Of a DNA stretch of 64,000 nucleotides, positions 1-9,028 are shown one piece after another. This stretch comes from an uncultured delta proteobacterium (GTDB taxonomy: Bacteria; Myxococcota_A; Polyangia; Palsa-1104). The stretch is taken from NCBI GenBank assembly GCA_963785725.1, contig CAWAWS010000005.1, forward strand, positions 320,165-384,164. The letters are read 5' to 3'. A model generated the notes under the pieces. It made no database searches and was not told the origin of the DNA. It saw only the letters and a list, made by a program, of their open reading frames with translations. Numbering within the stretch: the first letter of the stretch is position 1; each line of letters opens with the position of its first letter. The translations under genes and the position numbers were made by a program.

Positions 1-45
1 GTCGTGGAAATTACTCGGACCGTTTACGTGCGAAGGAGATCCTAG

Positions 46-972
46 ATGTCGAACTACGATCAGCTGGTCATCGCCCGCGACTTCCGCATTCGCCGCACCG
101 AGCTCACCTGCCCGGCGCATTCGCTGAAGATGATGACGAAGGCCGCCGGCTCCGAAGCCGACGAAGTGATCCTCGATCTCGAAGATTCCTGCGCCGTTTC
201 GCAGAAGGTCGAGGCGCGCAAGACGCTCATCGAGGCCCTCAACACGCTCGACTTCAAGGGCAAGATTCGCGCGTTTCGTCCCAACAACATTCGCACCAAG
301 TTCTTCTATAAAGACGTCATCGAGGTCGTCGAGGCGGCGGGGCCGAACATCGACATCATGGTGTTGCCCAAGAGCTACGGCCCCGACGACGTCCGCTTCG
401 CCGATCGCTTGCTGACGCAGATCGAGCAGAACATGGGCTTCGAGATCGGCCGCATCAAGCTCGAGGTGCTCATCGAGTCGGCCGAAGCGTGCTTGAAGGC
501 TTACGAGATCGCGACGGCGACGCCGCGCATGGCCGGCCTCATCTTCGGCATCGCCGACTTCGCCGGCGACATCGGCGCCAAAGAGCTGACCAAAGAGCAG
601 TTCCAGGTCTATCACTACCCGAAGATGCAGACGATCGTGGCTGCGCGCGCCGCCGGTATCGACTGCATCGACAACGTCACCTTGCAGTTCCGCGATCTCG
701 ATCAGTGCCGTAAAGACGCCGAATATGCCTCGAAGATGGGCTTCGACGGCAAGTGGGCCATTCATCCCGACCAAGTGAAGATCATCAACGAGGTCTTTAC
801 GCCGTCCAAAGACGAGCTGACGCGGGCGACGGAGATCCTCGAGCTCTACAAGAAAGCCGACATGGATTCGGGGCTCGGCGCCATCGTCTACAAAGACGAG
901 ATGGTCGACGCGGCGACGCTGCGCGTGGAGTGGAAGAAGGTCGCCGTCGCGCAAAAGGCGGGGCTGCTCTAA
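46..972 (+). CDS. CoA ester lyase (CitE/malyl-CoA lyase family)
   Basis: Motifs ILDLEDS, VLIES, FGIADF, GFDGKWAIHPDQV and MVDAA. Lies in a cluster with ccr and an epimerase. Confidence 0.9.
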   Translation: MSNYDQLVIARDFRIRRTELTCPAHSLKMMTKAAGSEADEVILDLEDSCAVSQKVEARKTLIEALNTLDFKGKIRAFRPNNIRTKFFYKDVIEVVEAAGPNIDIMVLPKSYGPDDVRFADRLLTQIEQNMGFEIGRIKLEVLIESAEACLKAYEIATATPRMAGLIFGIADFAGDIGAKELTKEQFQVYHYPKMQTIVAARAAGIDCIDNVTLQFRDLDQCRKDAEYASKMGFDGKWAIHPDQVKIINEVFTPSKDELTRATEILELYKKADMDSGLGAIVYKDEMVDAATLRVEWKKVAVAQKAGLL

Positions 973-1050
973 AGCACGTACCAAAGACCACCCCGAAGGC
1001 GACAGTCGATAGAAGTAAACGGGTGTTTACTTGACGGATCGCTTGGAGGA

Positions 1051-1980
1051 ATGACGATGACGCTGCGAACGATTGGAATCATCGGCACCGGCGCCATGGG
1101 CCGCGGAATCGCCGAGGTGAGCGCGGTCTCCGGCTTCGAGACGATCTTGGTCAAGTCGACGCCGGGCGCGCTCGACTCGGCGCGCCGCTCCGTCGCCGAG
1201 TCGCTGGGCCGCGCCGTAAAAAAGGGCAAGCTGACGCGCGAGCACCTCGACGCCACCTTGTCGCGGCTGACGATGACGTCCGATCTCGACGCGCTCTCGA
1301 GCTGTGACTTCGTCGTCGAGTCGATCGTCGAGGACCTCGATCGCAAGCGGGCGCTCCTCGGCGACGTCGAGCCGCGGCTGTCGCCGGCGACGGTGCTGGC
1401 GTCGAACACGTCGGCGCTGCCGCTCGCGTCGCTGGCCGAAGGGCTGCGCGCGCCCAACCGCTTCCTCGGGATGCACTTCTTCTCGCCGGTGCCGGCCATG
1501 CAGCTGGTCGAGATCGCGGCCACGCCGCGCACCTATCCGCAAGCGGTCGAGGCGGCGCTGAAGCTCGCCACCGCGCTCGGCAAGACGCCGGTCCTGGTCG
1601 CGGAGACGTCGGGTTACATCGTCAATCGGCTGCTCGTGCCCTACTTGCTCGACGGGATCGCGGCGCTGGAGGCGCGCGTCGCCTCGGCGACGGCGATCGA
1701 CACGGCGATGCGGCTCGGCTGCGGCCATCCGATGGGTCCGCTCGCGCTCGCCGACGCCATCGGGCTCGACGTCGTCTACGCCATGGCCAAGACGATGCAC
1801 CGCGAGCTCAACGATCGTCGTTATTCGCCGCCGGCGCTGTTGCGTCGGCTGGTGCTCAATCATCACCTCGGTCAGAAGACCCAGCGTGGCCTGTACGACT
1901 ACTCCGTCGAGCCGGCGCGCGAGAACCCCGAGCTGTGGCCGGCCTCCGCCGAGCCCACGCCGGCGGGACAGGAAGCCTAA
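1051..1980 (+). CDS. 3-hydroxyacyl(butyryl)-CoA dehydrogenase
   Basis: GTGAMG Rossmann motif, ESIVEDL, ASNTS, GMHFFSP, GYIVNRLL and GHPMGP. Confidence 0.92.
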   Translation: MTMTLRTIGIIGTGAMGRGIAEVSAVSGFETILVKSTPGALDSARRSVAESLGRAVKKGKLTREHLDATLSRLTMTSDLDALSSCDFVVESIVEDLDRKRALLGDVEPRLSPATVLASNTSALPLASLAEGLRAPNRFLGMHFFSPVPAMQLVEIAATPRTYPQAVEAALKLATALGKTPVLVAETSGYIVNRLLVPYLLDGIAALEARVASATAIDTAMRLGCGHPMGPLALADAIGLDVVYAMAKTMHRELNDRRYSPPALLRRLVLNHHLGQKTQRGLYDYSVEPARENPELWPASAEPTPAGQEA

Positions 1981-1983
1981 TCC

Positions 1984-2430
1984 ATGCGCATTACTCGAAT
2001 CGATCACGTGGCGGTGTGTGTCGGCGACATCGACAAGGCGCTGCCGCAATGGCTCGACTTGCTCGGCCTGTCGGCGGGCGCGCGCGAATTCGTCGAGACG
2101 CAGAAGACCGAAGCGGCGTTCATCGTGACGCCGGAGACGGCCGGCTGCACCGTCGAATTGATCGCGCCCAAAGGCGGCAACGCCGGGCTCGAGAAGTTCC
2201 TCGACAAGAACAACAACAAGTCGGGGCTGCATCACATCGCGTTCGCCGTCGAGGACTTGGCGGGCGCGCTCAAGGAGCTGGACGCCAAAGGCGTGCCGCT
2301 CATCGACAAGACGCCGCGGCCGGGCGCGCGCGGCCACTTGGTCGGCTTCCTGCACCCCAAAGCGGGCGACGGCGTGCTGATCGAATTGGTCAGCGACCAT
2401 CCGCACGCGCACACGCAAGGGAGACACTGA
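1984..2430 (+). CDS. mce: methylmalonyl/ethylmalonyl-CoA epimerase (VOC family)
   Basis: IDHVAVCV, VELIAP, GLHHIAFAV and FLHPK...GVLIELV. Confidence 0.9.
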   Translation: MRITRIDHVAVCVGDIDKALPQWLDLLGLSAGAREFVETQKTEAAFIVTPETAGCTVELIAPKGGNAGLEKFLDKNNNKSGLHHIAFAVEDLAGALKELDAKGVPLIDKTPRPGARGHLVGFLHPKAGDGVLIELVSDHPHAHTQGRH

Positions 2431-3614
2431 TGACGCTGCCGCTGCACACGGTGCCCAAGACGCTCGGGGAGACGCCGGCGACGATGCAGGCGATCGTCAT
2501 CCGCAAAGAGCGCGAAGGCGACCCGATCAAGTCGATGCAGGTCGAAGAGGTGCCGGTCCCCGAATTGGGGCCGAACGACGTGCTCGTGCTCGTCATGGCC
2601 GCGGGCGTGAACTTCAACGGCGTCTGGGCCGCGCAGGGCAAGCCGGTCTCGGTGTTCCGCATGCACAAGGAGCCGATGCACATCGCCGGCTCCGACGCGT
2701 CCGGCATCGTGTGGAAGGTCGGCAAAGAGGTGCGGCGCTGGAAGGTGGGCGACGAGGTCGTCATCCACTGCAACCAGTCGTGCGGTCAGTGCCCCGAGTG
2801 CAACGGCCTCGACCCGATGGCCTGCTCCGAGCAGAAAATCTGGGGTTACGAGACGTCGTGGGGCTCGTTCGCGCAGTTCACGAAGGTCCAGGCGCAGCAG
2901 CTCGTGCACAAGCCGAAGCAGCTCGGCTGGGAAGAGGCGGCGTCGTATGGCCTGACGTACTTCACGGCCTATCGCATGCTCGTCGGCCGCGCGCAGGTCA
3001 AGCCGGGCGACAACGTGCTCATCTGGGGCGCCGCCGGCGGTCTCGGCATCTTCGCCATTCAGATCTGCAAGATCTCGGGCGCCAACCCGATCGCCGTCGT
3101 CTCGTCGCCCGACAAGTACGATCTCGTGCGCTCGCTCGGCGCCGAAGGCGTCGTCAACCGCAAGGACTTCGGCTTCGCCTGGCAGCCCAACGAGACGCCC
3201 GAGCAGGTCAAGAAGCGCATGGACGAGACCAAGCGCCTCGGCGCCGAGCTGCGCAAATTGACCGGCGGCCGCGATCCCGACGTCGTCTTCGAGCACGTCG
3301 GCCAAGAGACGTTCCCGGCGTCGGTGTTCTTGTGCAAGCGCTTCGGCAAGATCGTCATCTGCGGCGCCACCTCGGGCTTCGATCTCACCTTCGACGTCCG
3401 CTATTTGTGGATGCGGCAGAAGGAGATCTTGGGCTCGCACTTCGCCAACGCCTATCAGGCCGAGCGCGCCAACGAGCTCGTCGTCGCCGGCAAGGTCAAG
3501 CCGGTGCTCGACCACGTCTACGACTTCGCCGAGACGCCGCTGGCGCACCAGCTCATGAAAGAGAACAAGCACAAGGGCAAGCTCGGCATTCGCATCCAGG
3601 CGCCGAACCCTTAG
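2430..3614 (+). CDS. ccr: crotonyl-CoA carboxylase/reductase
   Basis: ATG overlaps the upstream TGA at 2430. Motifs VMAAGVNFNGVW, GSDASG, IWGYET, WGAAGGLG, RYLWMRQK and GSHFAN. Confidence 0.93.
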   Translation: MTLPLHTVPKTLGETPATMQAIVIRKEREGDPIKSMQVEEVPVPELGPNDVLVLVMAAGVNFNGVWAAQGKPVSVFRMHKEPMHIAGSDASGIVWKVGKEVRRWKVGDEVVIHCNQSCGQCPECNGLDPMACSEQKIWGYETSWGSFAQFTKVQAQQLVHKPKQLGWEEAASYGLTYFTAYRMLVGRAQVKPGDNVLIWGAAGGLGIFAIQICKISGANPIAVVSSPDKYDLVRSLGAEGVVNRKDFGFAWQPNETPEQVKKRMDETKRLGAELRKLTGGRDPDVVFEHVGQETFPASVFLCKRFGKIVICGATSGFDLTFDVRYLWMRQKEILGSHFANAYQAERANELVVAGKVKPVLDHVYDFAETPLAHQLMKENKHKGKLGIRIQAPNP

Positions 3615-3706
3615 TCTGCAAACAGCGTCGCCAGTAGTCGCGGTCGCAGCCGGTTTGGCCGGCGATTCAGCTACATCCGCCGCGCAGACGTGATAGTTTC
3701 CCCGCC

Positions 3707-3982
3707 ATGAAGGCCCTGCAATTCCTGGTCGGCAAAGAGGTCGACATCTTCAACCCCAACGACACCGAAGAGGTGGACGGGTTGATGGCGTCGGGCCGCA
3801 TCATCGGCATCAACGAAGGCTGGCTCATCTTGGCCAATCCGAAGTCGGGGGAGCCCGATTTCGCGGTCAATTTGGAGCACGTCGGCATGATCGCCGTGCG
3901 CGAGCTGGCGCCGCTGATGGAAGCGCTGCCCGGCGGCAAGCTGCATCGCCTGCATCGCCCCAATCCCGACGACGAGAAGTAG
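3707..3982 (+). CDS. small hypothetical protein, possible Sm/LSm-like fold
   Basis: Coding-like 91-aa ORF with the pattern LVGKEVDI...GRIIGINEGWLIL...VNLEHVGMI. Confidence 0.65.
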   Translation: MKALQFLVGKEVDIFNPNDTEEVDGLMASGRIIGINEGWLILANPKSGEPDFAVNLEHVGMIAVRELAPLMEALPGGKLHRLHRPNPDDEK

Positions 3983-4075
3983 CCGCCGGCCGCCCGCGCG
4001 TCGCCCCGACGGCGACGGCACGACGGTTGCGCGCCGGCCACGGCGCAGGTACGTTTGGCGGAGCACGCAGCACCC

Positions 4076-4149
4076 GACCCCATAGCTCAACTGGATAGAG
4101 CAACGCTTTCCTAAAGCGTAGGTTTCCCGTTCAAGTCGGGATGGGGTCA
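4076..4149 (+). tRNA. tRNA-Arg (CCT)
   Basis: Acceptor GACCCCA/TGGGGTC, D-arm TAGCTCAACTGGATAGAGC, anticodon arm ACGCT-TTCCTAA-AGCGT and T-loop GTTCAAG. Confidence 0.95.
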
Positions 4150-4471
4150 CCGGATATCGCGGTCGATTTGAAAGCCTCGCTCGAGTTTCCATGGCCGCCG
4201 CCGTCGCGCCAAGGCGGCCAAAGCACGTCAGAGATCGCGAATCGCGCCCGCCCGTTTCCAATCGAAAATCGACCGCACCACACGACTTTTCGCAAATAAT
4301 CCGCAATCTTACACAGACAGCACCTCGCCGCAGTGATTTTGATGTGTCCTCCGCGAGGATTCGGCGGCGAGGCGCGACGACGATGGATTCTGTCTGTATT
4401 TTCGCGGAGGAGCACAACGCCATGGACGTCGCAGACCGGCGCGGACCGGTCGAAATCACGGTGGTGAGGGA

Positions 4472-5014
4472 CTAGTAGTGAAGCAGCGCTTCGAGCGGCT
4501 TGCCGCCGAGCTTTTGCCGCCCGGCCAAGAAGTCGAGCTCGATGACGAACGCGAACCCGGCAATCGTTCCGCCCTGCCGCTCGACGAGCCGGCCCGTCGC
4601 CGCCGCGGTCCCGCCCGTCGCCAACAGGTCGTCGACGATCGAGCAGCGTCGCCGGTCGACCGCGTCCTCGTGCATCTCGAGCGTGTCGCTGCCGTACTCG
4701 AGCGCATAGGTCTCGCGCGTCGTCCGGTACGGCAGCTTGCCCGGCTTGCGCACCGGCACGAAGCCGACGCCCAGCCGCTCCGCCAGCGCCGCGCCGAAGA
4801 TGAACCCGCGCGACTCGATGCCGACGATGAGCTCGGGCAGCCCCAGCTTCGCCACGCGCTCCGCCAACAAGTCGGTCACCAGCCGAAACGCCGCGCCATC
4901 GCCGATGAGCGGCGTCACGTCCTTGAACAAGATGCCCGGCTTGGGAAAGTCGGGCACGTCGCGGATGAGGCGGGTGATGCCGGCGAGGCGTGGGTCGTCG
5001 TTGGCGCTGCTCAT
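4472..5014 (-). CDS. apt: adenine phosphoribosyltransferase
   Basis: PDFPKPGILFKD, GIESRGF, RKPGKLP, YALEYG and VDDLLATGGT. Confidence 0.95.
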   Translation of the reverse strand: MSSANDDPRLAGITRLIRDVPDFPKPGILFKDVTPLIGDGAAFRLVTDLLAERVAKLGLPELIVGIESRGFIFGAALAERLGVGFVPVRKPGKLPYRTTRETYALEYGSDTLEMHEDAVDRRRCSIVDDLLATGGTAAATGRLVERQGGTIAGFAFVIELDFLAGRQKLGGKPLEALLHY

Positions 5015-5512
5015 TTGGCCGGAAGATAGCCGAGCGGGTCGCGCGCGATCGAGTCCTTTCGTACTTCGAAGTGCAGATGCGGCGCCGTCGCGTGCCCGGT
5101 CTGCCCCGAATGCGCGATGACTTGGCCGCGCAGGACGCGCTCGCCTTCGTGCACGTCGAGCGCGCGATTGTGCGCGTAAACCGTCGCCAATGTGCCGTCG
5201 TGGCTCAAGATGACGAGGTTGCCGTAGCCGCGCAGCTTGTTGCCGGCGTAGGCGACGATGCCGTCGCAGGCGGCGCGCACCGGCGTGTCCTCGGCGACGG
5301 CGACGTCGATGCCGTCGTGCACGTGGCCCCAGCGATGGCCGAACGGCGACGACAACGGGCCATCGACCGGCCACAACATCGCCGCGCACGAGGCCGTCGG
5401 AATCGGACGGCGTCACCGTCAGCTCGCGAATCCGCGACTCGGCCGGCGGCTCGGGAACCGTCGCGCAGCCGCCCAAGGCCAACGCCAACAGCAACGGCGA
5501 CAGCGACTTCAT
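5011..5512 (-). CDS. M23 family peptidase lipoprotein (NlpD-like), frameshift near 5380
   Basis: Lipoprotein signal MKSLSPLLLALALGGC is in one frame; WPVDG, HDGID, YAH and HLHFEVR are in another. Follows surE-pcm. Confidence 0.85.
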
Positions 5513-6177
5513 GCGCGCGCCGGCCCGTCGCCACCCCAGCCGTAGCGGCCGACGAGGTCGACGAAGGCGCAGGGCGTGTTCCACTCGGTCGTGAACTCGC
5601 CGCCGCGCCTTCTGACGATGGCGAGCCGCTGCCCTTGCCGCGGCCCGACCGGCACGACGAGCCGTCCGCCGTCGGCCAGCTGGTCGACGAGCAGCGCCGG
5701 AATGTCGGGCGCGCCGGCGGCGACGATGATGGCGTCGAACGGCTGCTGCTCGCGCCAGCCACACGTGCCGTCGAAGACGCCGAGCTCGATGTTGTGATAG
5801 CCGAGCGCGCGCAGCCGCTGCTCGGCGACGCGCGCCAACGCCGGCCGCAGCTCGACGCCGAACACGCGCAGCGCCAGCTCACCCAAAATCGCCGTCTGAT
5901 AGCCGGAGCCGACGCCGACCTCGAGCACGCGCTCGTTGCCGCGCAGCTCGCTGAGCTCGCACATGCGCGCCACCATGTACGGCTGCGACATCGTCTGCCC
6001 GCCGCCGATCGGCACCGGCGCGTCGGCATAGGCGCGCTCGCGCATCGGCTCGTCCAAGAAGCGCTCGCGCGGCACCTTGCGCATCGCCGCCAACAGGCGA
6101 ACGTCACGAATGCCGCGCGCTTCGAGCTGCTCGACGACCATGCGCCGGCGCCGCGCGGCAGCTTCGTCGGGCGTCAC
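5509..6177 (-). CDS. pcm: protein-L-isoaspartate O-methyltransferase
   Basis: VPRERF, GQTMSQP, VLEVGVGSGY and PFDAIIVAA. Downstream of surE. Confidence 0.95.
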   Translation of the reverse strand: MTPDEAAARRRRMVVEQLEARGIRDVRLLAAMRKVPRERFLDEPMRERAYADAPVPIGGGQTMSQPYMVARMCELSELRGNERVLEVGVGSGYQTAILGELALRVFGVELRPALARVAEQRLRALGYHNIELGVFDGTCGWREQQPFDAIIVAAGAPDIPALLVDQLADGGRLVVPVGPRQGQRLAIVRRRGGEFTTEWNTPCAFVDLVGRYGWGGDGPARA

Positions 6178-6980
6178 GTCAGCCTAGTCCCCAAGTCGCC
6201 GGCGACGACGCGATCGAAGCCGTCGAGGTCCCAGTTCGGCAGCCGCTCGAGCAGACCGGCGTGCGTCAGGTCGAGATCGAGCGGCGTCACCGACACGTGA
6301 CCGTCGCGCACGGCGTGACAGTCGGAGCCGGGCACGTCGCCGTAACCGGTGGGCGGACCGCCGATCCAATAATAGCGACGGCCGCGTAAATCGGCGCGCT
6401 CGTCGACCTGATCGCGATAGACGCGCTTGCCGAGCCTGGTCCAGTGATAGCCCTTGGGCGACGGCTCCATCGGCACGTTGACGTTGAGCAGCGTCCCCAC
6501 CGGCAAGCCTTCCTGCAAGACGGCGCGCGCGAGCGCGTGGGCGAACTCGGCCGCGTGCTTGAAGGGATCCTCGCTCGTTTGCAGGCCGCGCTTCCATTCG
6601 AGCGACATGGCGATCGCCGGCACGTCGCGCAGCGCCGCCTCGACCGCGCCGGCGACGGTGCCCGAGTAGAAAACGTCGGAGCCCAAGTTGAAGCCGTGGT
6701 TGATGCCGCTGACGACGAGATCGGGCTTGCGCGCGCAGATCTTCAAGAGGCCCAAGTAGACGCAATCGGCGGGCGTGCCGTCGACGGAGAACCAGCCGGG
6801 CTCGATCTCTTCGCAGCGCAGCGGACGATCGAGCGTGAAGGCGTGGCTCGTCGCCGAGCGTTCGCGATCGGGCGCGACGACGACGAGGTCGCCCAAGTCG
6901 GCGAGGCGGCGGCCGAGCGCGCGAATTCCCGACGACTGGATGCCGTCGTCGTTGGCGAGCATGATGAGCGGTCGAGACAC
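6174..6980 (-). CDS. surE: 5'/3'-nucleotidase SurE
   Basis: ANDDG, GTPADCV, SGINHGFNLG, YSGTV and SVTPL. Confidence 0.96.
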   Translation of the reverse strand: MSRPLIMLANDDGIQSSGIRALGRRLADLGDLVVVAPDRERSATSHAFTLDRPLRCEEIEPGWFSVDGTPADCVYLGLLKICARKPDLVVSGINHGFNLGSDVFYSGTVAGAVEAALRDVPAIAMSLEWKRGLQTSEDPFKHAAEFAHALARAVLQEGLPVGTLLNVNVPMEPSPKGYHWTRLGKRVYRDQVDERADLRGRRYYWIGGPPTGYGDVPGSDCHAVRDGHVSVTPLDLDLTHAGLLERLPNWDLDGFDRVVAGDLGTRLT

Positions 6981-7029
6981 GCGTCGATGCTAGCGCGCGG
7001 CCGACGATGCCGCAAAAATCAGGACCGCC

Positions 7030-7485
7030 TCAGCGAACCTGCACTTCGACGACGCGACGCTGACCGTCGGCCATGGTCAGCCGCAGGCGACCGTCGCCGG
7101 CGTGCATGCCGCGCACGAACAGCCGCGCGCCGGGCGTGAACCACGCGCGCGCCGCGTCGCCGGCCAGCTCGACGTCGCGCACCGAGCGCGCCGTCTCGAA
7201 CACCGCGACGTTGCCGACGGCGACGACGAGCGGCAAACCGCGATACGGCAGGTCGGCGTGGCGCGCCAGCACGTGCTCGTGACCTTGCCGCGGCACGACC
7301 TCGGCGTGCGCGTCGGGCGCCGGCGTGCGCACGTGCATGTATTTGCCGCGCACCGCCTCGTCGTGCTCGAGCCAGCGATCGTAGGTGACCTCGAACTCGC
7401 CGCGCACGACCGGATGAAACGGCGTGCAAGCGCCCAGCGAGACGGCGATGACGGCAGCGACGGCGAACAGGCAGCGGCGAGCCAT
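7030..7485 (-). CDS. hypothetical lipoprotein
   Basis: Signal peptide ending SLGAC. No recognised domain. Confidence 0.55.
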   Translation of the reverse strand: MARRCLFAVAAVIAVSLGACTPFHPVVRGEFEVTYDRWLEHDEAVRGKYMHVRTPAPDAHAEVVPRQGHEHVLARHADLPYRGLPLVVAVGNVAVFETARSVRDVELAGDAARAWFTPGARLFVRGMHAGDGRLRLTMADGQRRVVEVQVR

Positions 7486-7553
7486 GGCGCAGCGTAACAT
7501 CGTGCGGCAGATCACGCGCATTCCTTGCAACATAATCGATCGACGTCCGTCCC

Positions 7554-8165
7554 ATGTACATGCACGCCCTACTCCTCGCGTTCATGCTCGACCTGGTCGT
7601 CGCCACGCCGCCGGCGGTCGCCAACCCGAGCTGCGTCACGAGCGGCGACACGACCGTCTGCGGCTATCACTGCACGACCAGCTTCGGCCGCGCCGCCTGC
7701 GCGCAAACGCCCGAAGGACTATGCGTCGCCACGACCAGCCGCGTCGTCTGCTGGGACCCGCCGCCCGACGTTCGCCAGCTCATGCACACGCGCGACGACC
7801 TCGAGGCGCCCACGTGCGTGTCCGGCCTCGGTCGCGGCGCCTGCGGCTATCACTGCGTCACCGAAGACCAAAAGGTCGCCTGCGCCGACACGCCGATGGG
7901 CGCCTGCGGCTGGCGCTTCGGCAAAGTGCGCTGCTGGGATCCGCCGCCCGAGGTCCGCTGGCAAATGGAGGCGCAGAACGACCTGCAGGCCGCGCAGTGC
8001 GAGCGCACGCTCACCGACGTCGTCTGCGGCTACCACTGCGTCGACACGGCCGAAGAGGTCCGCTGCGCCAGCTCGCCCTGGGGCACGTGCGAGCGCCACT
8101 TCGATCAGCTCGCCTGTTGGGATCCGCCGCCGATGGGACAGCCGCAGCAAACCTGCGGACGTTAG
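7554..8165 (+). CDS. secreted Cys-rich repeat protein
   Basis: Hydrophobic N-terminus followed by three CGYHC...C...C...CWDPPP repeats. Confidence 0.8.
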   Translation: MYMHALLLAFMLDLVVATPPAVANPSCVTSGDTTVCGYHCTTSFGRAACAQTPEGLCVATTSRVVCWDPPPDVRQLMHTRDDLEAPTCVSGLGRGACGYHCVTEDQKVACADTPMGACGWRFGKVRCWDPPPEVRWQMEAQNDLQAAQCERTLTDVVCGYHCVDTAEEVRCASSPWGTCERHFDQLACWDPPPMGQPQQTCGR

Positions 8166-8879
8166 CTAATGGCAGTCGCTCCAGCGCAGCGTCGAACGGA
8201 ACTGCTTGTGCACGAAGAACATGTGACCCGCGCCTTGAATATTCAGCAGCGACGGAATCGGCACGCCGTTGCCGTCGAGCAGGAACTGCTCTTGCACCTT
8301 GACCCAATCGGCGTGCGGCGGCATCCGCGCCGGCTCGAGCTCGCCTTTGACTTCGACGAACCGCTCGCTATCCAGCCATAGCGTGCCGCTCGCCAGCGAC
8401 GGGCCGTCGCCCTCGGCGCGCACTTTGACGACATACACCGGCCGCCCCCACAGCGTCTCTTTGCCGACGAGCTCGAACTTCTCCGCCGCCGCGTTCTTGG
8501 GCGCCAGCGGCGACAACTCGACTTCGTCCTTCTTGCGATCTTTTTGCTGCTTCTTGACCTTGGCGCGCTCGGCCGCGAGCTCGTCCTTGCCCATCGGCTT
8601 GCCGTCGCGGACGACGCTGTCGAAGTCGTCCTCTTGGTCGTCGCCTTTGAGGATCGCCGTGCCTTGGCGAACCTCTTCGTGCTCGAGCTTGCCCGACTTG
8701 TCCGACAGCTGCGTCGACACGCGCAGCTTGCAGACGGTGCCGTTCGGCTTCTTCTCGGAGACGACGCGGGCGCGCTTCAAGATCTCGTCGAGCGGCAGGT
8801 CATCGGCGCGCGCCAGCGACGGCAGCGTAGACAGCGCGACGACGAGCGGCAGCAGGCGAGCAATCAGGGTCCGGCTCAT
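8166..8879 (-). CDS. exported hypothetical protein (possibly LolA/MucB-like beta fold)
   Basis: Signal peptide ending ARA; GKETLWGRPVYVVKV and GTLWLD patterns. Confidence 0.65.
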   Translation of the reverse strand: MSRTLIARLLPLVVALSTLPSLARADDLPLDEILKRARVVSEKKPNGTVCKLRVSTQLSDKSGKLEHEEVRQGTAILKGDDQEDDFDSVVRDGKPMGKDELAAERAKVKKQQKDRKKDEVELSPLAPKNAAAEKFELVGKETLWGRPVYVVKVRAEGDGPSLASGTLWLDSERFVEVKGELEPARMPPHADWVKVQEQFLLDGNGVPIPSLLNIQGAGHMFFVHKQFRSTLRWSDCH

Positions 8880-9028
8880 GGGCGCAGCCTACCGCGTCTG
8901 CCGCCCGCGCGCCCGCCGAACCTGCAGCGGCAATGGCGACCGCGCCCGGTGCTGCGGCGCTACGCGATGGTGGCGAGCCGGCGAAGCCGACGATCACCGA
9001 GGGTGATTTTTGCGGTAGCGTGGCCTCC

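Noticed and set aside
4076..4470. Integrated prophage or island at tRNA-Arg
   Set aside because: No integrase and no duplicated tRNA 3' end were found in the window.
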